A stretch of 64,000 bases of DNA, taken from IMG/VR virus record IMGVR_UViG_3300045391_005020. One strand, written 5' to 3'. The position numbers were made by a program, and so were the translations under genes. The notes beneath the pieces are model-generated. The model did not search any database. It was not told the origin of the DNA and saw only the letters and a list, made by a program, of their open reading frames with translations. Position 1 is the stretch's first letter; each line of letters opens with the position of its first letter. Positions 48,631 through 57,044 of this stretch are shown here, piece after piece. The stretch comes from a virus (lineage: Duplodnaviria; Caudoviricetes).

Positions 48631-50724
48631 TTAGCCCTGAGTACCGATTGCCACGAAGTTCGTGTTGATGTCCGTCGGAGTCAGCGACGCGCCGGTACCG
48701 GTCCACGTCGACAGAGCGATGTAGGCGGTGTGGCGATCCGTGCCCGACTTGGTCGGATTCTGGACGGTGTCGTCATTGTCGATCCAGATGTCGCCCTTGG
48801 TGACGACGTAGCCGTTTTCACCCAGGCCGCTCGACGTAGCGTCGGTCGACTTGAAGTGGATGCCGACCTGCTGGGTCTTCTCGGCCGGAACGATCTGGTT
48901 CGGTTCGCCGATGCGAACGAGCAGCTGGGTTGCGGTGATCGCAACGCCAACCGGGATGATCCAGTACCCGAGGGTCGTCGGGACCGTCGAGGTAATGTCG
49001 CCCGGGTTGGCCGGGTCGGCGTAGTACGCCGCGCCCGGAGTCAGGCCGGTGAAGCCGGGCAGGAGGCCCGAGAACACCACGCCATCGCCCTGGTCGATCG
49101 TATCTTCGTCGACGTAGTCATCGCCAGTCGCGAAGCCGATCGGTTCAGCCAGAGTGGACTGGCTGGCGTCGAGCAGCGAAACGTGGTTGGACGAAGCGCC
49201 GTAACCGACGAGGCGAGGGCCGTCCGAGGTCGCGTCGATCGCGCCTTCCGCAACCAGGGTCTTATCCAGGAGGCGGTTGGTGACGAAGTTCGAGACCGCA
49301 GCGTCCAGCTTGCCGATCGCGACAACGAGCGAGTCATTGTCGGCGACGTAGGTGTTGGACGAGTAGTCGCGCGTCGTCGAGTTGGTGCCGCCGATGGCAG
49401 CAGCCAATTCGGTAAGCGCAGCTTCGACCTGCGTGCCAGTGTAGTAGTTGCCAGCGTCGGCGATCAGGACTTCGGCAGCCGTGTGGCTGATGTCCAGAAC
49501 CTTGCTGTAGTGACCCGAGCTGGTGCCGTTACCGGTCAGGATGTAGATGCCGCGCTCGGCTTCGTTGCCGGTCGTGCCCTTGATGATGACGTACTCGCCG
49601 GCCGAGAAGGCAGTGATGCCGGCCTGAGTGATCGCGAGCGCGATGGTGTCGAAGTTGCGGACGCGGTTCTGGGCCTTGGTCCAGAGTTCCGCGAGAGCGG
49701 CTTCGACGTCGGTGGCGGTGAAGTTGCCAGCCGCGTCTTCGATCTTGATGCGCGACGCGCCGTTGCCGGTCGTGGTCAGGCCGAGGCTGTCAACCCGGAG
49801 GTTGACCGCTTCCTGCGTGGCCATGCCGGTCAGCATGCCGGTGAACGAAGGAACGTTCGTGACGACCTGTTCGTCAGAAATCGTGCCGACCGCGCCAGCT
49901 TCATCGCCGAAGAATTCGCTGTCAGTGACGCCGGCGAAGGCGGGGAGCTTCATGAAGTCCATCGACGCGAGCACGAAGCCCAGGTCGAGAGACTGCGACG
50001 GCATGTTGAAGGCCGTTTCGACGCCCGAGATGTAGCTATAGAAGCTGATCACGTACTCGGTCGTGTAGGTCAGACGGGCATAGACTTCGTTGTTCGAGCC
50101 ATCGGTAACGATGTCGCGCGAAGCCGCCTTGCGGACCGGGATCTGGTAACCGAACTCGGTCGTCAGGATGACGCCGTTGACAGTCGAAGTACCGGCGCCA
50201 GTGGCGTCGGTGAAGGAACCGTTGTCGAGCACGAGAGCAGCGATGGCGGAGTCCCACGCGTTCGAGCTAGTACCGGAAGCGGTGACGCCGCGCAGGCTGG
50301 TGTCGCCGCGCTTGTAGAACACCTGCTTGGTGCCGATTTCATCGAGAGCGGTTTCGACCGTCGAGCCGGCGTAGAAGCCGTTCGTGTCGAGGATGTTCAC
50401 TTCCGACGCCTTGTCGGTGCCGTCGAGAACCTTCGAGTAGTCCGAGGCGCTCGCGCCCTGGTTGGTGTTGACCTTCCAGACGCCCTTGTCGGCGTTCGGG
50501 AAGCCGGTCGACGCATTGTCGCCGCCGTTGATCATCACGAATTGGCCATTGTACAAATTGGCCGTGTCGGCGATCGCCGCTGCGAGGGTTGCGTAAGCGG
50601 CCAAGATACCGGCCGGGCTGCCGCGCAGCACGAAGGGGACGTTGTTGTTGTCGGTCAGGACATCGGACCCGTTCAGGGGGCCGTGCGTGTCGCCAAGGTC
50701 AACGAATACAGTGCGGTTAGTCAT
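48631..50724 (-). CDS. Large virion decoration/head-fibre-like protein
   Basis: 697 aa, three D..G.(Y/F)....VE.AL.E repeats, capsid-cement-like GLTPG..YY...G.IT domain; own promoters and terminator. Confidence 0.7.
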   Translation of the reverse strand: MTNRTVFVDLGDTHGPLNGSDVLTDNNNVPFVLRGSPAGILAAYATLAAAIADTANLYNGQFVMINGGDNASTGFPNADKGVWKVNTNQGASASDYSKVLDGTDKASEVNILDTNGFYAGSTVETALDEIGTKQVFYKRGDTSLRGVTASGTSSNAWDSAIAALVLDNGSFTDATGAGTSTVNGVILTTEFGYQIPVRKAASRDIVTDGSNNEVYARLTYTTEYVISFYSYISGVETAFNMPSQSLDLGFVLASMDFMKLPAFAGVTDSEFFGDEAGAVGTISDEQVVTNVPSFTGMLTGMATQEAVNLRVDSLGLTTTGNGASRIKIEDAAGNFTATDVEAALAELWTKAQNRVRNFDTIALAITQAGITAFSAGEYVIIKGTTGNEAERGIYILTGNGTSSGHYSKVLDISHTAAEVLIADAGNYYTGTQVEAALTELAAAIGGTNSTTRDYSSNTYVADNDSLVVAIGKLDAAVSNFVTNRLLDKTLVAEGAIDATSDGPRLVGYGASSNHVSLLDASQSTLAEPIGFATGDDYVDEDTIDQGDGVVFSGLLPGFTGLTPGAAYYADPANPGDITSTVPTTLGYWIIPVGVAITATQLLVRIGEPNQIVPAEKTQQVGIHFKSTDATSSGLGENGYVVTKGDIWIDNDDTVQNPTKSGTDRHTAYIALSTWTGTGASLTPTDINTNFVAIGTQG

Positions 50725-50760
50725 GGAACAATACTCCGAATTTCAGCTGAGGAGATGTTA

Positions 50761-50789
50761 ATTATACCGATGCGGGCGCTGCCCTACAA
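50761..50789 (-). promoter_or_regulatory. Putative promoter TTGTAG-N17-TATAAT
   Basis: Consensus -10, 17-nt spacer, upstream of GGAG SD and ATG 50724. Confidence 0.65.
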
Positions 50790-50846
50790 CCTCGGGTGCT
50801 CTAAGACCTTGGGACATTCCAGGTGGCTTAGAGCCAACTGCTGTAC

Positions 50847-50875
50847 AAATTACGGGTCTCAGCCAGGACCAACAA
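50847..50875 (-). promoter_or_regulatory. Putative promoter TTGTTG-N17-TAATTT
   Basis: Spacer GTC...GACCC resembles the elements at 57016-57044 and 61836-61864. Confidence 0.55.
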
Positions 50876-50901
50876 GTCCTGTTGCTCTAAGGGGAAAGGT
50901 A

Positions 50902-51111
50902 TTAGAGCTTGGAAATGAAGCGCTCGACTTCCTTCTGCTGATCTTCAGACAGACGGGTCTTCATGGCTCCGTAGATGGCCTCGACAATGACCTTGTTCAT
51001 ATTCGCCTGACCGCCATTTTTCTTGGCGGCCTGGACGGCGGCTTCCTTGATGAGCCGATGCAGCGGCTCGGGGAATCGGGCATTGAAGGCTTTGCCGGTA
51101 CGCAGAGACAT
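50902..51111 (-). CDS. Arc-like ribbon-helix-helix DNA-binding protein
   Basis: KAFNARFPEPLHRLIKEAA...NMNKVIVEAI matches the Arc/RHH pattern. Confidence 0.75.
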   Translation of the reverse strand: MSLRTGKAFNARFPEPLHRLIKEAAVQAAKKNGGQANMNKVIVEAIYGAMKTRLSEDQQKEVERFISKL

Positions 51112-51113
51112 GG

Positions 51114-51716
51114 TTAGTTCTGCCTACCGATGGCGACCCAGTCGGCGGTCGTGTGGGTGATGGTGGTGGCCTTGCACACATAGACTGTGCAGGCGTTTGT
51201 GGTCGGATCAGTCCAGCGATCGCCCTTACGATACGTCAGCGGCAGGACGGTCGCGGCGTCGCCGTAGTAGTCCTTGATCTCGCGCTCGATCGAAACGACC
51301 GGCTTTTCCCACCGATCCTTGACCCAGCAGTACAGATCGTCTTCGTCGGTGTCGTAGAACCGCCAACCGGTGTCAGCGAGCGTCAGGGTGGCCCCGAACG
51401 CGATTCTGTCAGCGGTGGTGCCGTGGCGAGGCCACAGATCGCTGATGTGCTTGGCGATAATCGACAAGCCGATGAACGCGCCCTGCGGATGCGATTCCGC
51501 GGTGGTGCCATCGTACCCGCGGGTCACGCCCGTCAGGGTATTGCCGGTGATTCCGGTGTAGAGGACGACTTCGTTGGTGTACGGGTCTACGCCGCCCGCG
51601 ATCGAGGCCACGCCGGCGGACGGAAATTTGGACGCGTCCAGCAGCGCAATAGAAGTGTCGGTGTCGCTGATCGGCGCGGCGAGCACGCCATAGACGTTGT
51701 TCTTGACCGGTAACAC
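51114..51716 (-). CDS. Putative virion protein
   Basis: E...YTG.TGNTLTGVTRG.DGTTA..H..GA module common in phage structural proteins. Confidence 0.7.
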   Translation of the reverse strand: MLPVKNNVYGVLAAPISDTDTSIALLDASKFPSAGVASIAGGVDPYTNEVVLYTGITGNTLTGVTRGYDGTTAESHPQGAFIGLSIIAKHISDLWPRHGTTADRIAFGATLTLADTGWRFYDTDEDDLYCWVKDRWEKPVVSIEREIKDYYGDAATVLPLTYRKGDRWTDPTTNACTVYVCKATTITHTTADWVAIGRQN

Positions 51717-51748
51717 GCTCGGTTACCTCGTGGCCAAATACCCTCTCG

Positions 51749-52060
51749 TCACAGCACGGCCCCCAGGAGCTTCCGGATCTTCGTGATCTCGTCGACGACC
51801 CCGCGCACCACGAGCTTCGCATAATCCTGTCCGCCCGAGTTGTGTGAGAAAACGACGACGAGTTGGGCGAATCCGGTTATTGGGGTGGTGATGTTCGAGA
51901 GCGGGAACTGATAGATGCCGGGGATCGCGGACTCAACCGCGACGTTGCTGGACAGGGCCAGGACCGTGTTGGTGTCCTGTCTGAGCACCTGGACCGTAAC
52001 GGAACCCGCCGCGGGAAGGACTGCTGCGGCGATCGGGTTTTCGTATTGGGCGTAGCGCAC
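51749..52060 (-). CDS. Small beta-rich putative virion protein
   Basis: 103 aa, PGIY motif, GTG start just after a promoter-like element. Confidence 0.6.
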   Translation of the reverse strand: MRYAQYENPIAAAVLPAAGSVTVQVLRQDTNTVLALSSNVAVESAIPGIYQFPLSNITTPITGFAQLVVVFSHNSGGQDYAKLVVRGVVDEITKIRKLLGAVL

Positions 52061-52066
52061 GCAAAG

Positions 52067-52094
52067 ATATTAGACCTTTGCTGCCAGGAAACAA
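52067..52094 (-). promoter_or_regulatory. Putative leaderless promoter TTGTTT-N16-TAATAT
   Basis: -10 ends 6 nt before GTG 52060; no SD. Confidence 0.55.
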
Positions 52095-52117
52095 ATTTAT
52101 TGGTCCGATTCGGACGC

Positions 52118-52498
52118 TTAGTCCCACTCGATGCGGCGCGAGACCGCAGTGACCGTGTCGACCTGGACCGTGAATAGGTACCACAGGGTGGTCGTGACGT
52201 TCATGGTATCGGTGACGGTCAGCTCCACGCAGGCGTAGCGGCCGTTGTCGCCGGGCGGGTACAGATAGGCCCAGGAATTTCCGGTTCCGACGCCCGAGCC
52301 ATCGGCGCGTTCGAACCGCGACAGGAACTCGCTGTGGGTATTGGGCTTGGACTCGGGACCGAGCGAGCTTCGCAGCTCCCACGTGTACGACACGATCGGG
52401 GCCGTGCATAACTCCAGTATCGTGATCTGTTGGGTGCCGGTGAAGTTGTTGATGACGACCTGGAATGGCAGGCCGGCGAAGAGGGCCGAGCCAAACAT
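52118..52498 (-). CDS. Small Ig/PKD-like putative virion protein
   Basis: SYTW...Y...G.Y..V.LTVTD pattern; TGATG coupling. Confidence 0.55.
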   Translation of the reverse strand: MFGSALFAGLPFQVVINNFTGTQQITILELCTAPIVSYTWELRSSLGPESKPNTHSEFLSRFERADGSGVGTGNSWAYLYPPGDNGRYACVELTVTDTMNVTTTLWYLFTVQVDTVTAVSRRIEWD

Positions 52499-53238
52499 CA
52501 GACCGCCGTCCTGGTGACCGACTCGAGTTCTTCGTCCACATCCCAGGCGTAGTTCAGGATCAGCTGCTTGTTATCCGAGGCGCGCGTGATGGTCTTCTTC
52601 GACAGCAGGCCGGTCATGTTGCTCCACTCGTAAGCGATCGTGAAGAGCAGCACGACCTTGGCGGGCGTGTCGTAGTGACGCTTGTAATCAAGGTCGCCGG
52701 TGGTGCCGTTCCAGGTGTACTCGGTGTAGTAGTGCGGGTACTGGGACTTGAACTGCAGCTCCATCTCGAGCTCGGAGTTCAGCTCCTCGCTCTCGGGCGG
52801 CGGCTCTGGTGGCGAGTTGTCCGCCAGCTTGGTGTACTGGAGGTTGCCCTGCAGGATCGTGATCTCGCGCTGGGCGTTGAAGAGGCCCAGGATGCGATAC
52901 TGGAGCTCTTGCGGGTGCAGGGACGTGATGACATCGAAACCTGTGTGGTCGCCCGGGATGTGCCAGCCAATACGGCCCGACTGCGGTCGCTCGAGCGGCC
53001 AGTTGGTCACACCCGGCGTGAACGTGATCGAGACCAGCTGGGCGCCCTTCTTGTCGAAAATCGCGAGCCGCGGGTACGGCAGGTTGATCGGGAAGGTATT
53101 GTCGTCGAACGTGAGGATGAAGTTCAGGTCCAGGTTCTGGTCAGACGCCATCTCGACCGGATGTGCCGGGACCGGTACTCCATGCGAAAACGCACGGGCG
53201 ATCTCGACCGTCTGTTCGACCGTGATGAGCTCGGTCAT
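52498..53238 (-). CDS. Putative virion protein
   Basis: 246 aa, two beta-rich domains separated by an acidic/Pro linker. Confidence 0.6.
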   Translation of the reverse strand: MTELITVEQTVEIARAFSHGVPVPAHPVEMASDQNLDLNFILTFDDNTFPINLPYPRLAIFDKKGAQLVSITFTPGVTNWPLERPQSGRIGWHIPGDHTGFDVITSLHPQELQYRILGLFNAQREITILQGNLQYTKLADNSPPEPPPESEELNSELEMELQFKSQYPHYYTEYTWNGTTGDLDYKRHYDTPAKVVLLFTIAYEWSNMTGLLSKKTITRASDNKQLILNYAWDVDEELESVTRTAV

Positions 53239-53241
53239 GCG

Positions 53242-53391
53242 TTACCTACGCGGAGAGACGGGCTTCTTGTGGAGCCCACTAAGCTTCTTCAGTACCGCGT
53301 CGTCGGCCAGACTGGACTTGCTCTTGCGCTTGGCCGCGGCGGTTTTGACGTGAAGCAGAACGTACAGGGTAGCGAGCGCTGGGTATTCCAT
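53242..53391 (-). CDS. Unannotated 49-aa basic peptide
   Basis: MEYPALATLYVLLHVKTAAAKRKSKSSLADDAVLKKLSGLHKKPVSPRR; fills the gap and stops 3 nt before the next ATG; below the ORF-track cutoff. Confidence 0.55.
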   Translation of the reverse strand: MEYPALATLYVLLHVKTAAAKRKSKSSLADDAVLKKLSGLHKKPVSPRR

Positions 53392-53420
53392 AGAGCCGTC
53401 CACAGATGAGATTACCAACA

Positions 53421-53450
53421 AGAAAGCCCGGGGAAATCCCCGGGCTTTCT
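53421..53450. terminator. Intrinsic terminator after the major capsid gene
   Basis: Perfect 13-bp inverted repeat agaaagcccgggg-aaat-ccccgggctttct. Confidence 0.85.
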
Positions 53451-53473
53451 CTAGTGCAGTCCGTTACGGACTA

Positions 53474-54409
53474 TCAGCTCGTTGCGATGCGGACGCGGGC
53501 GACAGCGGCAGGGTTGCCGATCGTGGCGCCGCGCTCACAGTACGCGTAGAACTCCAGGTTGAACGCCTTCTTGTCGACGTACATCGTGGTGTCTTCGAGC
53601 ACGTAGCTCTTGCCGAGGAACTCGGGGCTGGCGAACAACCAGAACTCCGACTCACCGACCAGCTCGTGCTTGTTGGTGATGACCCAGTTGACGCCCAGCA
53701 GTTTCTTCTGCTGGAAGCCGTCGACGAACATCGACTCGCTGAGGTCGCCGCCGGCCGTGTCGCGGCCGAACTTGGCAACATCTTCGATCGTGATGTTGTT
53801 GCAGAGGATCGTGACCGCTTCGAGGTGCGCGAAGGTCCGCTTCAGGATCTTCTTCATCTCGAAGAGCGAGGAACGGGTGATGCCGTTCGCGTCGACGATC
53901 TTCTTGTTCTGGATGATGCCCGTCTCAGGGACGGTCGAGCCTTCGGAGCCGACGATGCTCTGGCACGCGGCCAGCATCTTGCGGTCGAACTCGAAATCCA
54001 TGTCGAGGATCGCGTTGTCCGAGATCACCTGGCGGATGTCCATTCCGTACGTGCGGAGTTCGGACATGTCCTTGGTGAATTTCGGGGTGACGATGCGATC
54101 GAAGTACACCGGGTAGCGGTCGCCGCGGAAGTAGTACTGGATCGGCTGCTGGCCGAGCGGGATCGTGATGGCGGCCGGCGAATTCGGTTCGCGTTCGACC
54201 AGCTTCACGTTCTTGTCGGTGTTGAGCTGCGGGGTGAGTTCGTCATCACCGATCTTCACCGCGGGCATGATCTTCTCGAAGAAGCTGCTTTCGCGGATGC
54301 GGATGCGGGTGAAATCCGTCACCATATCGGCGGCTTCTTTGATCTGCCCGGCTTCGAGCATACCATAAAAAGCGCGGTTTGACTGTTGTGCGCTGACTTT
54401 AGTGGTCAT
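53474..54409 (-). CDS. Major capsid protein (HK97 fold)
   Basis: 311 aa after protease-scaffold-decoration genes, followed by a strong terminator; RESSF..KI.P N-arm, E-loop-like EREP, C-terminal G.TIGN..AV. Confidence 0.82.
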   Translation of the reverse strand: MTTKVSAQQSNRAFYGMLEAGQIKEAADMVTDFTRIRIRESSFFEKIMPAVKIGDDELTPQLNTDKNVKLVEREPNSPAAITIPLGQQPIQYYFRGDRYPVYFDRIVTPKFTKDMSELRTYGMDIRQVISDNAILDMDFEFDRKMLAACQSIVGSEGSTVPETGIIQNKKIVDANGITRSSLFEMKKILKRTFAHLEAVTILCNNITIEDVAKFGRDTAGGDLSESMFVDGFQQKKLLGVNWVITNKHELVGESEFWLFASPEFLGKSYVLEDTTMYVDKKAFNLEFYAYCERGATIGNPAAVARVRIATS

Positions 54410-54439
54410 GACTATCTGTTTCTTTTCTGGTATGTTGGT

Positions 54440-54982
54440 TTAGGCGACAGGAACCGTGGTGCCGGCGACGTATGCCGGGTAGAACGCCAAGGTCGCGTAG
54501 CCGTCGGGGCCAGTGTACTTGCCGCGCGGGCTGACGTAGCCGACGATGACGTCGGTTGCGCCGGCCAAGCAGAGCTTGCCGCGGTCCGCGTCGGCGGTCG
54601 CAGCGTTGCTGAGGCAGGTCAGAGGAGCATCCGGAACCAGGCCAGCGTCGTCGACGAACTCGGTCGAGCTCAGTTCGGCGGCGGCCTTCCAGCTGATGCA
54701 GCCGAAGCGCGGTTCGCCGGCGTACGGCATGCCGCGGTCGCGGGTCACATCAGGATAGTTGTTGAGGTCAGTACCGGACCACGCGTACAGCGGGGTGCGG
54801 CCGACGTCGAGACCTGGTTCGAGCTTGCCGCCCGAGGTGATCGACATCACGCGGCCGGCCACGGCTGCTGCGACGGCGAGGGGGTCGCTGTCCAGGATAC
54901 CAGTGTGGTCGACGATGGAGTTGCGGTCGCCCTTCAGCACTTCGAGCTTGTGGGCGCCCATTGAGGTTTGGATACCAGTCAT
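54440..54982 (-). CDS. Putative capsid decoration/cement protein
   Basis: 180 aa immediately upstream of MCP; E..(S/T)TEF...PL......G.L......VG.V pattern. Confidence 0.6.
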   Translation of the reverse strand: MTGIQTSMGAHKLEVLKGDRNSIVDHTGILDSDPLAVAAAVAGRVMSITSGGKLEPGLDVGRTPLYAWSGTDLNNYPDVTRDRGMPYAGEPRFGCISWKAAAELSSTEFVDDAGLVPDAPLTCLSNAATADADRGKLCLAGATDVIVGYVSPRGKYTGPDGYATLAFYPAYVAGTTVPVA

Positions 54983-55022
54983 TTGATGATTCCTACTTGG
55001 GACTTCTTTTTGGGGTTATGGA

Positions 55023-55466
55023 TTACCGGGCGCCAGGCAGACGATTCAGGGCGGAAACCGTGTGGCGATCCCACACGTCGTCTGCCGTCTCTGGTTTGGT
55101 CTCGTTGATCACAACGGTGCCGACCTTGGGGGCCGAATCGATGTAATCCGCGACTTTGGTGAGCGCGTCGAGAGCCTTCTCATGGCTCAGGACATTGGCC
55201 GCGAACTGGTCGCGACGCTCAGGGGAGGAGAGCAGGCCGCGATCGAACAGCTTGTCCGCGGCCGTCTTGGCCAGCGGGGCGATCTTGGCTGCCGCTTCTT
55301 GGGCTGCCTGATCGCGCTTCGAGCCGGCGTCTTTCGACGAGCTCAGCTCAGCTGCGAGCTTGGTGTTCTCTTCCGTTTTGGTTGTGAGGGCTGACTCGAG
55401 CTCGGCGATTTTGGTCGCCTGGGCTTCGATGGTGTCAGCAGCCTGCTTGATCAGTTTGGCGCTCAT
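55023..55466 (-). CDS. Small coiled-coil scaffold-like protein
   Basis: 147 aa helical; 7 of 14 Lys in K-x-A context. Confidence 0.65.
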   Translation of the reverse strand: MSAKLIKQAADTIEAQATKIAELESALTTKTEENTKLAAELSSSKDAGSKRDQAAQEAAAKIAPLAKTAADKLFDRGLLSSPERRDQFAANVLSHEKALDALTKVADYIDSAPKVGTVVINETKPETADDVWDRHTVSALNRLPGAR

Positions 55467-55474
55467 GGGGTCCC

Positions 55475-56986
55475 TTATTTCGCAGCCGCGGTTTCGAGTT
55501 CGGCGACCTTGCTCAGGATCTGCCGGCGGACTTCGATCCGCGCAGCCGCCATCTTGGCAGCGGCGGGGTCACTGTGGTGATGAGCCTTCTGGGCCATGAG
55601 GGCCTTGAGGTCATCCATGGTCAGGCCCATCTCGTGCAGGACTTGCTCGAGGGCCTGTTGCTCTTCCGGGCTCTTGGGGGCGAGAACCGACGAGTCGTTC
55701 GTCATGGCGTCAGCCGGGTGAGCGGCAGGGGCGTCATGCTTCGGAGCATCGTGCGCGGGAGCATCATGAGGGGGCAACGCTTCGGCTTTCTTCTCGCCCT
55801 TGTCGGCCGGAAGATCCTTCTTGGCGTTGTTGTCGACTTCAGCTTTGGTACCGACCGCTTCGCCTTCGGCAGGCTTCAGCTCGGCCTTCTGGACCTTCGG
55901 GGCTTCGATGCCGCCTTCAGCGTCTTTGGTACCGTCTTCGACGTTGTCGCCGATCATGCCTTCCGCGATCTTGACCGCGTAGGCGTAACCAGCATCGACC
56001 GCCTCCTTGTGGAGGGTGGCGATCTTTTGGAGATAGAGGGGATGCTCGGGGCCGATGTTGGCCGCGGCCATCTTGGCTTCGAGGCCTGGATCTTCGACCA
56101 TCTCGCCGCCGGCAGCAGCCGGATCAGCGGCAGGAGCCGGAGCGCCCATCGGGGCCGGGGCACCCATCGGAGCAGGAGCCGCGCCGCCAGCTGCAGCGGC
56201 CGGATCGCCGGCAGGAGCAGCAGCGCCGCCCGCGCCGTGCAGTTCCTGCATGGCCTGGGTCAGCTCTTGTTCGCTGATCGCGCCGCTCTGGACGGCTTCG
56301 AGCAGAATCTTTTCAGCATCTTCCTCGGAGAGAGCGCCGGATTGAATGGCCTGCATGAGGCCATCGGCCGACTGGTCGGCAACAGCGGGATCGGCCATTC
56401 CGGCCGCAACCTTGTTGGTCGCGCGGGCCTGCTTGACCAGGAATTTCTCCAGGCCGCTCAGCTCGCGGGTCTCTTCGGAAGCTTTCTTATTGAGGATCGC
56501 AGCCAGCTTGGCTTCCGCTTTCGCGGTGTCGGGCTTCGCCGGCTCTTCAGCTTTTTTTGCGGAGGCTTCCATTTCGGAAGCGACCTTGCGCAGTTCTTCG
56601 ACCAGGGCCGACGCGGTCTTCTTGTCGTCGCCCTTGATCCCGCCTTCGGGGCCGTTGGCGGCTTCGTGTTTCACTTCGAGCTCAGCGCCCTCGGTGCCCT
56701 TCTGGCCGTCAGTCGAAACCGCGGTCGCGCCGTCGGTCGACATTTCGAGCGAAGCGCCGGACGGGTTGGTCTTGGCGCCGCCGTCGACCATCGCCTTGGT
56801 GCCCTTCGCCGCTTCAGACTTGTTCGACGCCATCTGGGCGCCGGTCTCGACCGCTTTGGTACCATCTTCGGCGCCGTCGCCGGGAGAGGCGGTTTTGACC
56901 GCAGCTTCAGCGGTCTTCTTGTGATCATCGCCAACCTTGTTGATCAACGTGTTCAGGCGCTCGAGGATTTGCTTGCGGTGCGACAT
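55475..56986 (-). CDS. Low-complexity scaffold/internal core protein
   Basis: Ala/Glu/Lys/Pro-rich, between protease and MCP; ATG 56986 has an AGGA SD; many K-x-A motifs. Confidence 0.7.
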   Translation of the reverse strand: MSHRKQILERLNTLINKVGDDHKKTAEAAVKTASPGDGAEDGTKAVETGAQMASNKSEAAKGTKAMVDGGAKTNPSGASLEMSTDGATAVSTDGQKGTEGAELEVKHEAANGPEGGIKGDDKKTASALVEELRKVASEMEASAKKAEEPAKPDTAKAEAKLAAILNKKASEETRELSGLEKFLVKQARATNKVAAGMADPAVADQSADGLMQAIQSGALSEEDAEKILLEAVQSGAISEQELTQAMQELHGAGGAAAPAGDPAAAAGGAAPAPMGAPAPMGAPAPAADPAAAGGEMVEDPGLEAKMAAANIGPEHPLYLQKIATLHKEAVDAGYAYAVKIAEGMIGDNVEDGTKDAEGGIEAPKVQKAELKPAEGEAVGTKAEVDNNAKKDLPADKGEKKAEALPPHDAPAHDAPKHDAPAAHPADAMTNDSSVLAPKSPEEQQALEQVLHEMGLTMDDLKALMAQKAHHHSDPAAAKMAAARIEVRRQILSKVAELETAAAK

Positions 56987-57015
56987 TGGGGTGGGTTCCT
57001 GATGATCTGGTGTAA

Positions 57016-57044
57016 AAATTACAGGGGTCAGTTTAGACACGCAA
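57016..57044 (-). promoter_or_regulatory. Putative promoter TTGCGT-N17-TAATTT for the scaffold-capsid operon
   Basis: Spacer GTC-N6-GACCC shared with 61836-61864. Confidence 0.55.

Noticed and set aside
48730-51117. 795-aa plus-strand ORF
   Set aside because: Antisense shadow of the strongly codon-biased 697-aa gene; Arg/Val/Gly-rich with no motifs, as expected in high-GC DNA
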